Positions 1-11,177 of a stretch of 64,000 nt of DNA are shown piece by piece. Location of the stretch: positions 672,001 through 736,000 of the forward strand of contig CAWDSK010000005.1 in assembly GCA_963804995.1 (NCBI GenBank). Direction: 5' to 3'. Under the pieces are notes generated by a model, which had not been told where the DNA came from, ran no database searches, and saw nothing but the letters and a program-made list of their open reading frames with translations. The translations under genes and the position numbers were made by a program. Position 1 is the first letter of the stretch, and each line of letters opens with the position of its first letter. Source of the DNA: an uncultured Acidobacteriota bacterium. Lineage in GTDB: Bacteria; Acidobacteriota; Terriglobia; UBA7540.

Positions 1-775
1 GTGTACCACCTGGCTGCCGCAGTGGGGGTTCGACGGATTATCGAAAGTCCGGTGCGGACCATCGAAACGAATGTCAAGGGGACGGAGTTGGTTCTGGAAG
101 CCGCCGCCAAGAAGCGGAAACTGGTTTTCATTGCCTCCACCTCCGAAGTCTATGGCAAGAACAACAAAGTGCCGTTCTGTGAGGACGATGACACTACTCT
201 CGGTCCCACGGTCAAGTCGCGCTGGTCCTATGCCTGCTTCCAAGGCTCTGGATGAGTTCCTCGCCTTGGCTTACTGGAAAGAAAAGAAGTTGCCCGTCGT
301 GATTGGCAGGCTCTTCAACACCGTCGGCCCGCGCCAGACCGGTCGCTACGGGATGGTGCTACCAACTTTCGTGGCCCAAGCCATTAGCGGGCAGCCCTTG
401 ACCGTGTATGGAACGGGCAAGCAGAGCCGCTGCTTTGGCTACGTCGGGGACGCCGTCGAGGCGATCCTGAAATTGATGGACACGGACCGCGCGGTCGGCG
501 AAGTGGTCAACATCGGGAACGATGTGGAGATTACCATCGAGGACTTGGCCCTTCTTGTCAAGGAAAGGACCAAGAGCGCCTCGCCGGTTCACTACGTCCC
601 CTACGACGAGGCTTACGAGCCGGGCTTCGAGGACATGACCCGGCGTGTCCCGTCCCTGGAAAAGCTCATGCGGTTTACGGACTTTCGTCCCTCGACGCCC
701 CTTCCCATGATTATCGATCGGGTGGCCTCTTACATTGCGGCAAAAGTACAGCTGGTTCAAACCACCCCGGCGTGA
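1..775 (+). CDS. NAD-dependent epimerase/dehydratase (extended SDR); 5' end outside the window; one frameshift near 238-241
   Basis: YHLAAAVG, STSEVYG, then YACSK(ALDEF) once an extra base is removed, and RLFNTVGPRQ and QSRCF. ORFs 1..255 and 71..775 join. Confidence 0.9.
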   Translation, partial: CTTWLPQWGFDGLSKVRCGPSKRMSRGRSWFWKPPPRSGNWFSLPPPPKSMARTTKCRSVRTMTLLSVPRSSRAGPMPASKALDEFLALAYWKEKKLPVVIGRLFNTVGPRQTGRYGMVLPTFVAQAISGQPLTVYGTGKQSRCFGYVGDAVEAILKLMDTDRAVGEVVNIGNDVEITIEDLALLVKERTKSASPVHYVPYDEAYEPGFEDMTRRVPSLEKLMRFTDFRPSTPLPMIIDRVASYIAAKVQLVQTTPA

Positions 776-1058
776 GCCCATTGTGTTGCCATGGGGATAA
801 ACTTTTATCCTAGACGTTGCGGGAGCCCTCTGCGATCCGATGCCCAGCGGGGCAGTCGCAATGATGGATATCTCCGGCGGACAGGCTGGAGCACTGTATC
901 ACGGGTTTGAAGAGGGTAAAGAGCCCGAAAGCGGCGATATTCATCTGGCTGAGCGAAGGGCTCACTCTTACCCTTGATCCTCGAATACAATCTTGAGTAT
1001 CGCACCTGCCAAACTAAACCCACGTTCCGAATAGGAAATCCCAAGGGGTCCCATCATC

Positions 1059-2078
1059 ATGCCTTCATCTCTTAGCATTGCTCTTGTCGGCTACGGCCGT
1101 TGGGGACTGAACTATGCTCGCGTTATTGGCGAACTTAGGGGAACAGAGCTTGGCGCAATATTTGACATTGACCCGGGCCGTCTGGATCGGGCCCGGACGC
1201 GTCATTCCCAAGTTCGCTGCTCAAGCGACGTGCAAGATATCCTCGCCGATACTTCCCTCGATGCGGTGGTAATCGCCACGCCGGCCTCGACTCACTATGA
1301 GCTGGCCCGGGTGTTTTTGGAGAGTGATCGGCACGTGCTGATGGAAAAACCTATGGCCCTCCGAGTCGATCACTGCGAAAATCTGCGCGAGATTGCCGAG
1401 CACAAACAAAAAGTGCTGATGGTCGGTCACACCTTCCTTTACAACTCTGGAATCCACAAGATGAAGGAAGTTATTGCCTCTCCGGATTTTGGGCGAGTTT
1501 ATTACCTACACGCCACGCGTACGAATATGGGGCCTATCCGTCACGACGTGAACGCCGTGTGGGACCTGGCCGCTCACGATGTTTCCATTTTCAACTACCT
1601 GCTCGACCAGCAACCCCGCACCGTGAGTGCCGTCGGGTCAAAGGTACTTCACGACCCGCGTGAGGATGTGGCCTTTATCACCCTTCAGTATGGCAGCGGT
1701 GTGATTGCCAACATCCACGTTAGCTGGGCGGATCCGAATAAAGTGCGCGAAGTGGTCGCCGTGGGCAGCCGTCGCCGTGTGGTCTTCGATGACTTGAACA
1801 GCCTGGAGCGGATTCGTATTTTTGAGAAGGGTGTCTCCGCGGAAGATCCCCGGCCTGAAACCTATGGGGAGTTCAAGCTTGTCATGCGGGATGGGGACAT
1901 CCTCAGTCCCAAAATCGAGCCCAGTGAGCCTTTAAAGGATCAGTGCGAGGACTTCATCTCAGCCATCCAACATCGACGCAGGCCCATTTCCGATGGCCAC
2001 GTAGGCGTACAAGTTGTTCGTAGCTTGGTGGCCATAGAGGAGTCGCTACGTGAGGGCGGCGTTCCCAAGGAGGTCTGA
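1059..2078 (+). CDS. Gfo/Idh/MocA family oxidoreductase (WbpB/WlbA-like sugar 3-dehydrogenase)
   Basis: GYGRWG Rossmann motif, ATPASTH, EKPMA, VGHTFLY, DLAAHD. Confidence 0.9.
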   Translation: MPSSLSIALVGYGRWGLNYARVIGELRGTELGAIFDIDPGRLDRARTRHSQVRCSSDVQDILADTSLDAVVIATPASTHYELARVFLESDRHVLMEKPMALRVDHCENLREIAEHKQKVLMVGHTFLYNSGIHKMKEVIASPDFGRVYYLHATRTNMGPIRHDVNAVWDLAAHDVSIFNYLLDQQPRTVSAVGSKVLHDPREDVAFITLQYGSGVIANIHVSWADPNKVREVVAVGSRRRVVFDDLNSLERIRIFEKGVSAEDPRPETYGEFKLVMRDGDILSPKIEPSEPLKDQCEDFISAIQHRRRPISDGHVGVQVVRSLVAIEESLREGGVPKEV

Positions 2079-2081
2079 GAA

Positions 2082-2777
2082 ATGGAAGCATGCGTTGACG
2101 TGAGGTTCGGCGATGGCCCTTCGATTGACGACAGTGTGCTTCTCGGATACCGGCCAGGCCGTCTGATCAAACTTGAGCCGGTCCAGATCGGGGATGGGGC
2201 TAGGATTCGGGCCGGAACAATTATTTATGCCTCAGTGGAAATTGGTTCCGGCTTCGAAACGGGGCACAACGTGATCATTCGTGAGCAGACCCGTATCGGA
2301 AATGACTGTTCCATATGGAACAACACGACCATCGACTATGGCTGCGTCATCGGCAATGGTGTTCGCATACATTGCAATGTATATGTTTCTCAGTACACCA
2401 ATATTGGGGATGATGTGTTTCTTGCGCCGGGGGTCATGATCGCCAACGACCCCCATCCGATTTGCACGAAGTGCATGCAAGGCCCGACTTTCAAACGCGG
2501 CGCCCGTGTTGGGATTAACGCCATCGTTTTGCCTCACGTCATCGTTGGGGAGGATTGCTTGATTGGCGCGGGCAGTGTCGTTACGAAGGACGTGCCCGAC
2601 CACGCCGTGGTGGCCGGGAGTCCGGCGCGCGTGATTGGCGACGTGGACAACTTGGATTGTCCCTTCGAAATCGTAAAGCCCTACCAAGATGGCCGTGACG
2701 TTCTGCACCGTGCGGAGTGGAACACCCTGTTGCCCCTTTCGCGCCCCATCCATAAGCCCAACAAGACCCGCGCTTGA
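2082..2777 (+). CDS. Hexapeptide-repeat (left-handed beta-helix) N-acyltransferase, WbpD-like
   Basis: Repeated IGxx hexapeptides; IGAGSVVTKDVPDHAVVAGSPARV. Confidence 0.88.
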   Translation: MEACVDVRFGDGPSIDDSVLLGYRPGRLIKLEPVQIGDGARIRAGTIIYASVEIGSGFETGHNVIIREQTRIGNDCSIWNNTTIDYGCVIGNGVRIHCNVYVSQYTNIGDDVFLAPGVMIANDPHPICTKCMQGPTFKRGARVGINAIVLPHVIVGEDCLIGAGSVVTKDVPDHAVVAGSPARVIGDVDNLDCPFEIVKPYQDGRDVLHRAEWNTLLPLSRPIHKPNKTRA

Positions 2778-3484
2778 AGACACTCGTAGCGGCTTTCGCC
2801 TACAACGAGGGTGAAAAGATCCGCCGAACCCTAAGCCGGCATCCACCCGAACGTCCATACGACTTGCTCGTGATGGACGATGGCTCGACCGATGGTGCAT
2901 TGAGTGGGGTGGACAATGCGGATTTCATCGTGCTTCGCAATGAAAATAACCGAGGCATCGGTTTCGCCATGAAGCGGGTTTTCCAGTACGCCCTGGACAA
3001 GGATTACGATGTATTGGTGATCCAAGCAGGGAATGACAAAGACGACCCCCTGGAGATATCTAAGCTCCTGAAACCTATCCTCAACGACCACGCCGATTTT
3101 GTCCAGGGGTCACGTTTCTTGCCGGGTGGCGGCTCCGGCAATACGCCTGTGTACCGGATCTTGGCGACTCGCCTTGTCCATCCTACGCTGTTTTCGCTGG
3201 CGGTCGGCAAGCGGCTAACCGAAACCACCAACGGCTTCCGGGCGTTTCGCACCAGCGTCCTACGTGATGCTCGTATCAACTGGCGCCAGGACTGGCTTGA
3301 TAAGTACGAGCTTGAACCGTACATTCTTTACAAGGCCATAAAGCTGGGCTACCGGCACCGTGAGGTCCCCGTCACAAAAATCTATCCGCCACATGAACAG
3401 GGCTATACAAAAATGAAGCCGTTCACAGGCTGGTGGAGCATCCTCCGACCCATCTTCTACCTTTGGCTAGGCATCAAGAATTGA
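2774..3484 (+). CDS. GT2 glycosyltransferase, DPM-synthase-like (polyprenol-phosphate sugar synthase)
   Basis: AYNE, MDDGSTDG, NRGIG, DFVQGSRF, TNGFRAFR; TTGA overlap with the upstream gene. Confidence 0.85.
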   Translation: MKTLVAAFAYNEGEKIRRTLSRHPPERPYDLLVMDDGSTDGALSGVDNADFIVLRNENNRGIGFAMKRVFQYALDKDYDVLVIQAGNDKDDPLEISKLLKPILNDHADFVQGSRFLPGGGSGNTPVYRILATRLVHPTLFSLAVGKRLTETTNGFRAFRTSVLRDARINWRQDWLDKYELEPYILYKAIKLGYRHREVPVTKIYPPHEQGYTKMKPFTGWWSILRPIFYLWLGIKN

Positions 3485-3566
3485 TTTGTAGTCTGAGAAC
3501 GGCACAGCCTTTTTTCGAAGGACTCGCCCGCGACGCTAACAGACTTGCCCTCCTGTGGAGACTTAG

Positions 3567-4702
3567 ATGATGCGAGTGCCATTTGTCGATTTGAAATCCC
3601 AGTATCGCGGGATTGCCCCGGAGATCAACTATGCCATCCACGGTGTAGTGGAACGGGCGGATTTCATTCTTGGCCAGGATGTGGAGCGGTTCGAAGCGGA
3701 GTTTGCCGCCTACATTGATGTGAAGTACTCCGTCGGAGTCGGTTCCGGTCTGGCAGCTTTCAGTTGGCTTTGCGGGCTTACGGAATCGGTGGCGGCGACG
3801 AAGTCATTACGACGGCAAATACCTTCGTTGCAACGGTGCTTGCGATCATGGCGACGGGCGCACGCCCTGTCCTGGTCAACGTCGATCCGGCTACCTATAA
3901 TATGAATCCGTCCGCCTTTGAAAGTGCTATTACCCCGCGTACCCGCGCCGTAATTCCTGTTCACCTTTACGGTCAACCCGTTGATCTTGACCCCATTTGT
4001 GCGATTGCCAGAAGCCACAATCTGCTCGTCATTGAAGATGCCGCGCAGGCCCACGGAGCTCGGTACGGAGGCAAGCGAGCTGGCAGTTTCGGCCACGCGG
4101 CCGGATTCAGCTTTTATCCCGGCAAAAATCTTGGCGCGTACGGCGACGGCGGAATGGTTGTTACGAATGATAAAGACGTGGCAGAGAGAATCCGCCAATT
4201 GCGTAATTATGGTCAGCGCGAGAAGTACTATCATGAAGTCAAGGGCACGAACTCTCGTTTGGACAGCCTGCAAGCAGCGGTCTTGCGCGTGAAGCTGCAA
4301 TATCTGGACCAATGGAACGAGCAAAGAAGAAAACATGCAAACGCCTACAGCCAGCAACTCGCCGGCTTGCCGGTAATTTGCCCGGTTGTATCTCCTGGTG
4401 GCGAGCACATCTATCATCTCTACGTAATTCAAGTGGAGAGCCGGAGCGCCGTACAAGCGGCTCTTAAGTCGCAGGGCGTTGATACCGGTATTCATTACCC
4501 TGTGCCGATCCACCTGCAAAGTGCCTGTGCCGACTTGGGCTACCGCCTGGGAGATTTTCCCGTTACCGAGACGCAAGCCGATAAGATTCTCTCTTTACCG
4601 ATGTTTGCAGAACTAACGCACGAGCAAATTGATTACGTCGTGTTTTCCCTCAAACAAGCCATTTCAACATCACAGCGTGGCTTAACGTGGTTGGCACGAT
4701 AG
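3567..4702 (+). CDS. DegT/DnrJ/EryC1/StrS PLP aminotransferase; one frameshift near 3760
   Basis: [11 protein letters not shown]-terminus in ORF 3567 joins [30 protein letters not shown] and [15 protein letters not shown]. Confidence 0.92.
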
Positions 4703-4781
4703 ATTTGCCTGGTTTGTTGGAACGTTCTTGGGCAATTCGGGCACAAGCCCACTGGGAATCTTCGTCTGCAGAGTTTCGACA

Positions 4782-6247
4782 ATGATTTTGCACGGATTGA
4801 AGGCGCAACCCAAAAACGTGAAAATCCTGGCGATTCTATTCCTGCTGACCCTACCTCTGGTGAACCCCTGGGTGCGCGGGGACGGTGTTGGTTACTACGC
4901 CTACGTCCGTTCCGTGGTCGTAGAGCGTACGCTCCACTTCGAGAACGACTGGAGGGCCGGGAACGAAAGTTTCACTATGGGCAGGGTAGGTGCAGATGGG
5001 AAGATCAATCCCATCCAGTACACGCCGACCGGCTATATCGAAAATGCTTACGCCATCGGCCCTTCCTTGCTCTGGGTGCCCTTTATCTTGCCCGTTCATT
5101 ACGTCATGCTGACTCTCCAGAAGTGCGGGTTGAGCGTTAAAGCCGATGGATTTTCCCGGCCTTACCTCATCGCGATGGCCCTTGCGACTGCGCTTTACGG
5201 GTTTTTAGGCCTGCTCATTTCGTATCGCCTGGCTTCCCTCTATACCGAAGAGCACTGGGCATTGCTTGGGACGATGGGAATGTGGTTCGCGAGTTCTCTA
5301 CCTGTCTACATGTATTTCAATCCCTCCTGGTCGCACGCCCACTCGGTTTTTATCGTGGCAGTGTTCTTGTGGTACTGGCATCGAACAAGGCAAGGCCGCA
5401 CCTTGGGGCAATGGGTGATTCTGGGTCTGATTTCCGGCCTGCTTCTCGACGTCTATTACGTAAACATTGCGGTCCTATTCGTACCTCTTGTGGAATCTCT
5501 GGAGGGGTACTGGCGTGGCTGGCGTGAGTCTGGGCTTGGGGGGCAAGCCGTCCGCAGGCTCTTTGTGGCTAATCTACTCTATTGCTTGGGCACGCTGATC
5601 GCCTTTTCGCCTACTATGATCACCCGGCAGATTATCTTTGGGAATCCACTCAACCTTGGTTACGGAAGCATGGGGGCGTGGCTTTGGACGTCACCCTACT
5701 TGGGTAGCGTCCTGTTCTCGTCCGACCACGGCCTCCTGACCTGGACCCCTATCGTCATCCTCGCGTTGGGCGGGCTTTTTCTACTCCGTCGACGCGATAA
5801 AAACCTGGCCACGTATTTCATGGTTGCGTTAGTCGTATTTTGGTTCCTCGTCGGCAGTCATCTCTGTTGGGACGGCATTTCATCCTTTGGGAACCGGTTC
5901 TTTATTTCTCTCACGCCCATGTTCGTCCTGGGGTTGGCGGTATTTTTCAGCGACTTCGCCAAATGGGTAAAGGGAACCCGGCGGGCCATGGTGATCGCAG
6001 GCTCAGTCACCGCTCTCCTCATCCTCTGGAACCTGGCCTTCATTTTCCAGTGGGGCACGCATTTGGTTCCTGCCCGTGGACCTATATCTTGGAAACAGAT
6101 GGTTCGCAATCAATTCCTCGCTGTGCCGCAGCGAGCCGCGACTGAAGTCGCGGCCTATTTTAAAACCGCCGAGCGCTCATGCACCATATCGAGCAGGAAG
6201 ACGTTCACCAATTGAAACAGCAGCAAGGAGCGGCTAAAGCGAAGTGA
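4782..6247 (+). CDS. Polytopic membrane protein, GT-C (PMT/ArnT-like) glycosyltransferase; frameshift near 6165
   Basis: RGDGVGYYAY acidic loop after the first TM, many TM segments, FGNRFF. The shifted tail NRRALMHHIEQEDV ends in TGA overlapping the wzm GTG. Confidence 0.65.
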
Positions 6248-7105
6248 CGAACGCTTTCGCCGAGCAAGCTGTTCAGGTTGAGCCACCGGTGCTGCGCATC
6301 GCTCCGCCGCGCGGATGGTTCGACATCGATTTCAAGGAGCTCTGGGCAGCGCGCGAATTGCTTTACTTCTTCGTCTGGCGCGACATCAAAGTTCGCTATA
6401 AGCAGACCGCCATTGGAGCGGCCTGGGCGGTGATTCAGCCCTTCATGACGATGGTCGTTTTCAGCCTTTTCTTCGGAAAATTGGCCAAGATGGATTCGCA
6501 CGGTCTGCCTTATCCGATCTTCTACTACAGCGCCCTGCTGCCCTGGATGTACTTTGCCGGCGCTTTGCAGAAGGCTACTAACGTCGTGGTGGACCAGCAG
6601 CACGTAATCACCAAAGTCTATTTCCCTAGACTTGGTGCTCCCCTTGGCGGCCGTGACGTTGCAGGGTTGCTGGATTTCGCCATCAGCTTCCTGGTGTTTC
6701 TGGGCATGATGGCCTAGTACCGAATCATGCCCGGCCCCGCCCTGCTTCTGTTTCCCCTTTTTCTGTTGCTGGCGATCCTGACGGCGCTGGGCGTGGGCCT
6801 GTGGCTCTCCGCTCTGAACGCGCATTTATCGCGACGTCCGTTACGTTGTTCCCTTCCTCGTGCAATTCTGGCTATTCGCCTCTCCCGTGGCCTATCCCAG
6901 CAGCCTCGTGCCGGAGCGCTGGCGTTGGCTTTACGGACTCAATCCCATGGCCGGGGTCATTGAGGGCTTTCGCTGGGCGCTCACCGGCCATGGCCAGCCA
7001 CCGAACATCATGCTTGCGGTCTCCACCGGGATGGTTCTGCTCCTCGTGGGCGGCGGTTTGGCATTTTTCCACAGGATGGAAGGAACGATTGCCGATGTCG
7101 TCTGA
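6244..7105 (+). CDS. wzm: ABC-2 polysaccharide exporter permease Wzm; several indels and an in-frame TAG at 6715
   Basis: RDIKVRYKQTAIGAAWAVIQP, KVYFPR, SPVAYP, LNPMAGVIEGFR and EGTIADVV are spread over three ORFs. Confidence 0.88.
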
Positions 7106-7325
7106 TTGGATTGATGAATTCTGAATTATGAATGACAGTTTGTATCTTCATCGAAATTAGGTACAGAGGCGAACGGGCTCCTAACATATTGCATGGACGC
7201 GCAGGATAACGCTCGCTTCGTGGGGTTCGGAGTGCTGCCGCCGGGTTCGAGAAAACCAACTCACTAGGGTCAGGCCAAGATTCCAAGTGGAGGCCATTGT
7301 GGGCACTACTGTAGAGGATCCATCT

Positions 7326-9324
7326 ATGAAGCCATGCCGTTGGGTGGGACCGACCGCGATCCTCTTCTTTATTGTTGGCGTGGGAGTTGGGGTGCTGATA
7401 GGGATACTTGAGGCTGCGATGATCTGGTGGGATCCACGGCGCTCACATTATCTCGTCGCGCCCATTGGGCCAATCCTCTGGCTTGTAGTACCTCTTGTTG
7501 ATCTTGTCCCATTTGCCCTGCTTGGTCTATGTCTAGGGGTATTTGCCCAGCGGTGGGTACCGGATAGCAGGATGGCCAAGGCCCTTCTCGCCGCGCTAGG
7601 TTTTGGGATGGCGGGATGGTTTGCCACATATGCCACTCTGTCATTGCATCATTTCAATTCACACCATTGGATGGTCTTCAGCCTTTTGGCCGCATTCCTC
7701 AGCTTCGCCATGGCTCTCTGGGTTATCACCCTCACTAGCAAGCCCTGTCCAGTTCGCCAGAACGTAATAGGGAACCTCTCGCGATTTTCCTATTCGAGGA
7801 AGTTTTTAAGGCCGTTCCCGTTGCTGACGGTTCTCTTGGCATGTGTCTTGGCTAATCGGATTCAGGGCTCAGGTTCTGACCTTCCGCCGGCAGGTTCTTA
7901 TGTTCCCGGGAGCCACCCTAACATTGTTCTTATTGCCTTTGACACCTTCGCCGCTAGTCACTCCTCGACTAATGGTTACACTCGTCTCACAACACCTAAC
8001 CTCGACTCGCTTGGTCGCCGTGGGATAGTCTTTGAAAATGCTATTGCTCCTTCTAGCTGGACGTTGCCATCCTTTGTTTCCATGTTTACCGGTCAACTCC
8101 CTCACCAGCACGGCGCGGACTTTGACATTCCCTGGAGGGGCCGGTCCCCTGCACTGCCCGAAGTTCTGAGGTCGATCGGCTACGAGTCGGCCGGCTTCAA
8201 TGCGAACTGGATCTATGGTGGGGCAGCTCAAGGGTCGGGGCGAGGCTTCGACGTTTACCATGACGGTTCATCTACCTTTCCGCCGAACTTCCGACGGACG
8301 CTCATAGGACGATATTTTGAGTCCTGGATGTACGGGCATGCCGATTACATGGGTCGGCGGAACGCACAAGAAGTCAACCGCGAAGTTTCCCAGTGGTATT
8401 ATCACCGGTCCAGGCGCCCCTTCTTCCTATTTTTGAATTACTTTGATGCTCATTTCCCTTATTACGCCCATGCCCCTTTCAAGAACCGTTTTGGGGATGT
8501 ACCCGACGACCTGATCGGGTTGCAGGCATCGAGGGAGGATCCAAAGACCCGTAATTGGCGTCTCTCGCCTTCCGAGCGAGCGGAATTAATTGAGGGATAT
8601 GACAATGCCCTCGCCTACGTAGACAGCCAAGTTGGCGAACTTCTAAAATTTCTGGGGACTTCCCCCGATTGGGCGAACACCTTTGTGATTGTGGTCGCAG
8701 ATCATGGCGAGGCTTTTGGTGAGCATGGGCGCTACGGACATGCTTTGGATCTTTACCGCGAAGTCCTCCATGTTCCACTCATAATTTTAGGACCGGGCGT
8801 TCCGGCTGGCGTGAGAGTTTCAGGCGTGGTCGGCACGCGCGAGATCTTTGCGACTGTCATTGACCTCGCCACCCATCCGGAAGCGCCTTCTCAATCGAGT
8901 TTACGCAGGTTTTGGGCCCCCAGCCCAAGTCAGACCGACGCACCTGAGGCGATCATCTCCGAACTGCATAGTACGTGGTTTAAAGGCGAGCGCCCGCGCA
9001 CGCCGATAAGCCTGACCACGGACCATTGGCACTACATCCAAGATACACCAGAGAAGCTGCGAACTTTTCGATTGGACCAAGGATGCCCTCGAGCAAACCA
9101 ATTTGGCCTCAAAACCTGAGGAACAAAGTATCATCGCATCCTTTCAAGCTCAATTGGGTCATCAACTCAGTGAGACAAGCCAACCCTGGCTGGGACCGCA
9201 TTATCTCTTGGCGGTCGGGTCATTCCGACTTCCCTTGCTTCATGCGATGGAATCTCGTGCGTTACCCGCCGAAAAGACCACGCCCGAGGATAGGGAGTTG
9301 TTGGAGGGTCTCCCTTACCATTGA
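7326..9324 (+). CDS. Membrane-anchored sulfatase-like/alkaline-phosphatase-superfamily protein; frameshift near 9050-9100
   Basis: About 5 N-terminal TMs, PNIVLIAFDT, SWTLPSFVSMFTG, NYFDAHFPY, ADHGEAFGEHG, LHVPLII. Confidence 0.85.
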
Positions 9325-9438
9325 ATCAACTTAATCAAGAGCAACCGTAGCACGGACATCTCTCGTAGGTCGGCGGCTTTTCTCGACTTCCATGTTCTGC
9401 TTCGCCATGGCGTCCGAAAGAGCTTTCTCCCGCTGAAC

Positions 9439-9645
9439 AGCAGCTTCGTCCCAAAACGATGGCGCTGGCTGTACGGCCTCAATCCGATGGCGGGCGTCAT
9501 CGAAGGGTTTCGCTGGAGCTTGACCGGACACGGGCAGCCCCCGACGTTGTTGCTGGCCGCCTCATCTGGAATGGTGCTTCTCTTGGTCGCTGGTGGGATG
9601 ATCTTCTTTCATAGAATGGAAGGGACCATTGCGGATGTGGTGTGA
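9439..9645 (+). pseudogene. wzm: Diverged duplicate of the 3' 207 bp of wzm
   Basis: Translates to SSFVPKRWRWLYGLNPMAGVIEGFRWSLTGHGQPPTLLLAASSGMVLLLVAGGMIFFHRMEGTIADVV*, co-linear with 6899..7105. No start or 5' part. Confidence 0.92.
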
Positions 9646-9822
9646 GTGATGCATTCTGAATTGAAACTCAAAATGAAGCCGGCAACCGTGAGTGCATTGT
9701 GGATAAACCAAAAATCCCCGGCACTGAGGGCGATATCCGGAATCGCAGCTTCTGACATAATGTCCGTGGCGCTGACCCTAACCCTATTCCCTACTCCCTG
9801 ATTCCTAATTCCTAAAGTCAAA

Positions 9823-11085
9823 ATGTCCCAAATCGTCATTCGTGCTGAAAACCTGGGCAAGCGCTATGAGATCGGTGAGCGAGAGCAGTACACGGCGCTG
9901 CGTGATGTCCTATCCCACGCACTCAGTGCACCGGCCAGGATGTTCCGCCACCGAAAGCCTCAATCCTCAAACGGTGACGTGACCCACATTTGGGCGCTCA
10001 AGGATGTCTCGTTTGAGATTCGCCAAGGCGAAGTGGTGGGAATCATCGGTCGCAACGGGGCGGGGAAGAGTACTCTGCTCAAGATTCTCGCCCGTGTCAC
10101 CAAGCCCACCACGGGCTATGCCGATGTGCAAGGCCGCATGGGCACACTTCTTGAAGTCGGCACGGGTTTTCACCCCGAGCTTACCGGCCGCGAGAATACT
10201 TATCTCAACGGCGCCATCCTGGGCATGAGCAAGAAAGAAGTGACGCGCAAGTTCGACGAAATCGTCGCCTTCGCCGAAGTTGAGAAGTTCATCGATACCC
10301 CTGTCAAACACTATTCCAGCGGCATGTACCTCCGGCTCGCGTTTGCCGTGGCGGCGCATCTGGAGACGGAAATACTCCTTGTTGACGAAGTGCTGTCGGT
10401 GGGCGACCTCGCCTTCCAGAAGAAATGCCTGGGGAAGATTGGGGACGTGGCTAAGGCTGGCCGGACTATTCTCTTAATCAGTCACCAGATGAATCAGATC
10501 CGACGACTGTGCGACCGTGCAATTTGGCTTGTCTCGGGCAACTTGGTAGCTCAAGGGCCGGTAGGAGAAGTTGTCTCTGCTTATGAAGTGGCTATGATGG
10601 ACCTTCGCAAAGCGAATGATGACAGTCACTGTTTCCTTGACTGGGAAATCCCCGGACAGGGGAACGTTTTGCGAGACGGTCTGCGTGAGGTGAAACTGCA
10701 CTTCAGCCTAAAACTGAATGAACCCATTTCGCGCGGACACTTCGGGTTGAACGTCTATGATGGGTCCAACTTTCTGGTCGCTGGTTGGGGTTTGGACGAC
10801 GTCAATATACCTAAGGGGTTGCACGAGTTGGCCTTTTCCGTTCCGATGCTGCCACTGCGCCCCGGCGCATACGTCATTCAATGCACGTTGATTAACAACG
10901 GAAACAACTTGAATGGTGGGGTCTTAGTGGAGTCGTGGTATCCACTGCGCCCGCTTATAGTGGATACAATTCCGCTATCGCACCCCCAGGACAGGTATTC
11001 GGGACTTCTGAACATTCCTCCCGCGATCAACGTCTCAGCGGCCAGAAAGCTTAGCGCCGGATCGGTTCGCGCCGACGAACCTTAG
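9823..11085 (+). CDS. wzt: ABC transporter ATP-binding protein Wzt with C-terminal carbohydrate-binding domain
   Basis: GRNGAGKST, GFHPELTGREN, YSSGMYLRLAF, LLVDEVLSVGD and a C-terminal Wzt_C-like extension (LRPGAYVI). Confidence 0.93.
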   Translation: MSQIVIRAENLGKRYEIGEREQYTALRDVLSHALSAPARMFRHRKPQSSNGDVTHIWALKDVSFEIRQGEVVGIIGRNGAGKSTLLKILARVTKPTTGYADVQGRMGTLLEVGTGFHPELTGRENTYLNGAILGMSKKEVTRKFDEIVAFAEVEKFIDTPVKHYSSGMYLRLAFAVAAHLETEILLVDEVLSVGDLAFQKKCLGKIGDVAKAGRTILLISHQMNQIRRLCDRAIWLVSGNLVAQGPVGEVVSAYEVAMMDLRKANDDSHCFLDWEIPGQGNVLRDGLREVKLHFSLKLNEPISRGHFGLNVYDGSNFLVAGWGLDDVNIPKGLHELAFSVPMLPLRPGAYVIQCTLINNGNNLNGGVLVESWYPLRPLIVDTIPLSHPQDRYSGLLNIPPAINVSAARKLSAGSVRADEP

Positions 11086-11177
11086 AAGTGGGCTCATGCC
11101 CATGCCGTCCAATAGCGACGGGACATTTGGAACTCGTGGTCAAGAACGTCCTGACCAAATCAAATCCCAGGGCATAT

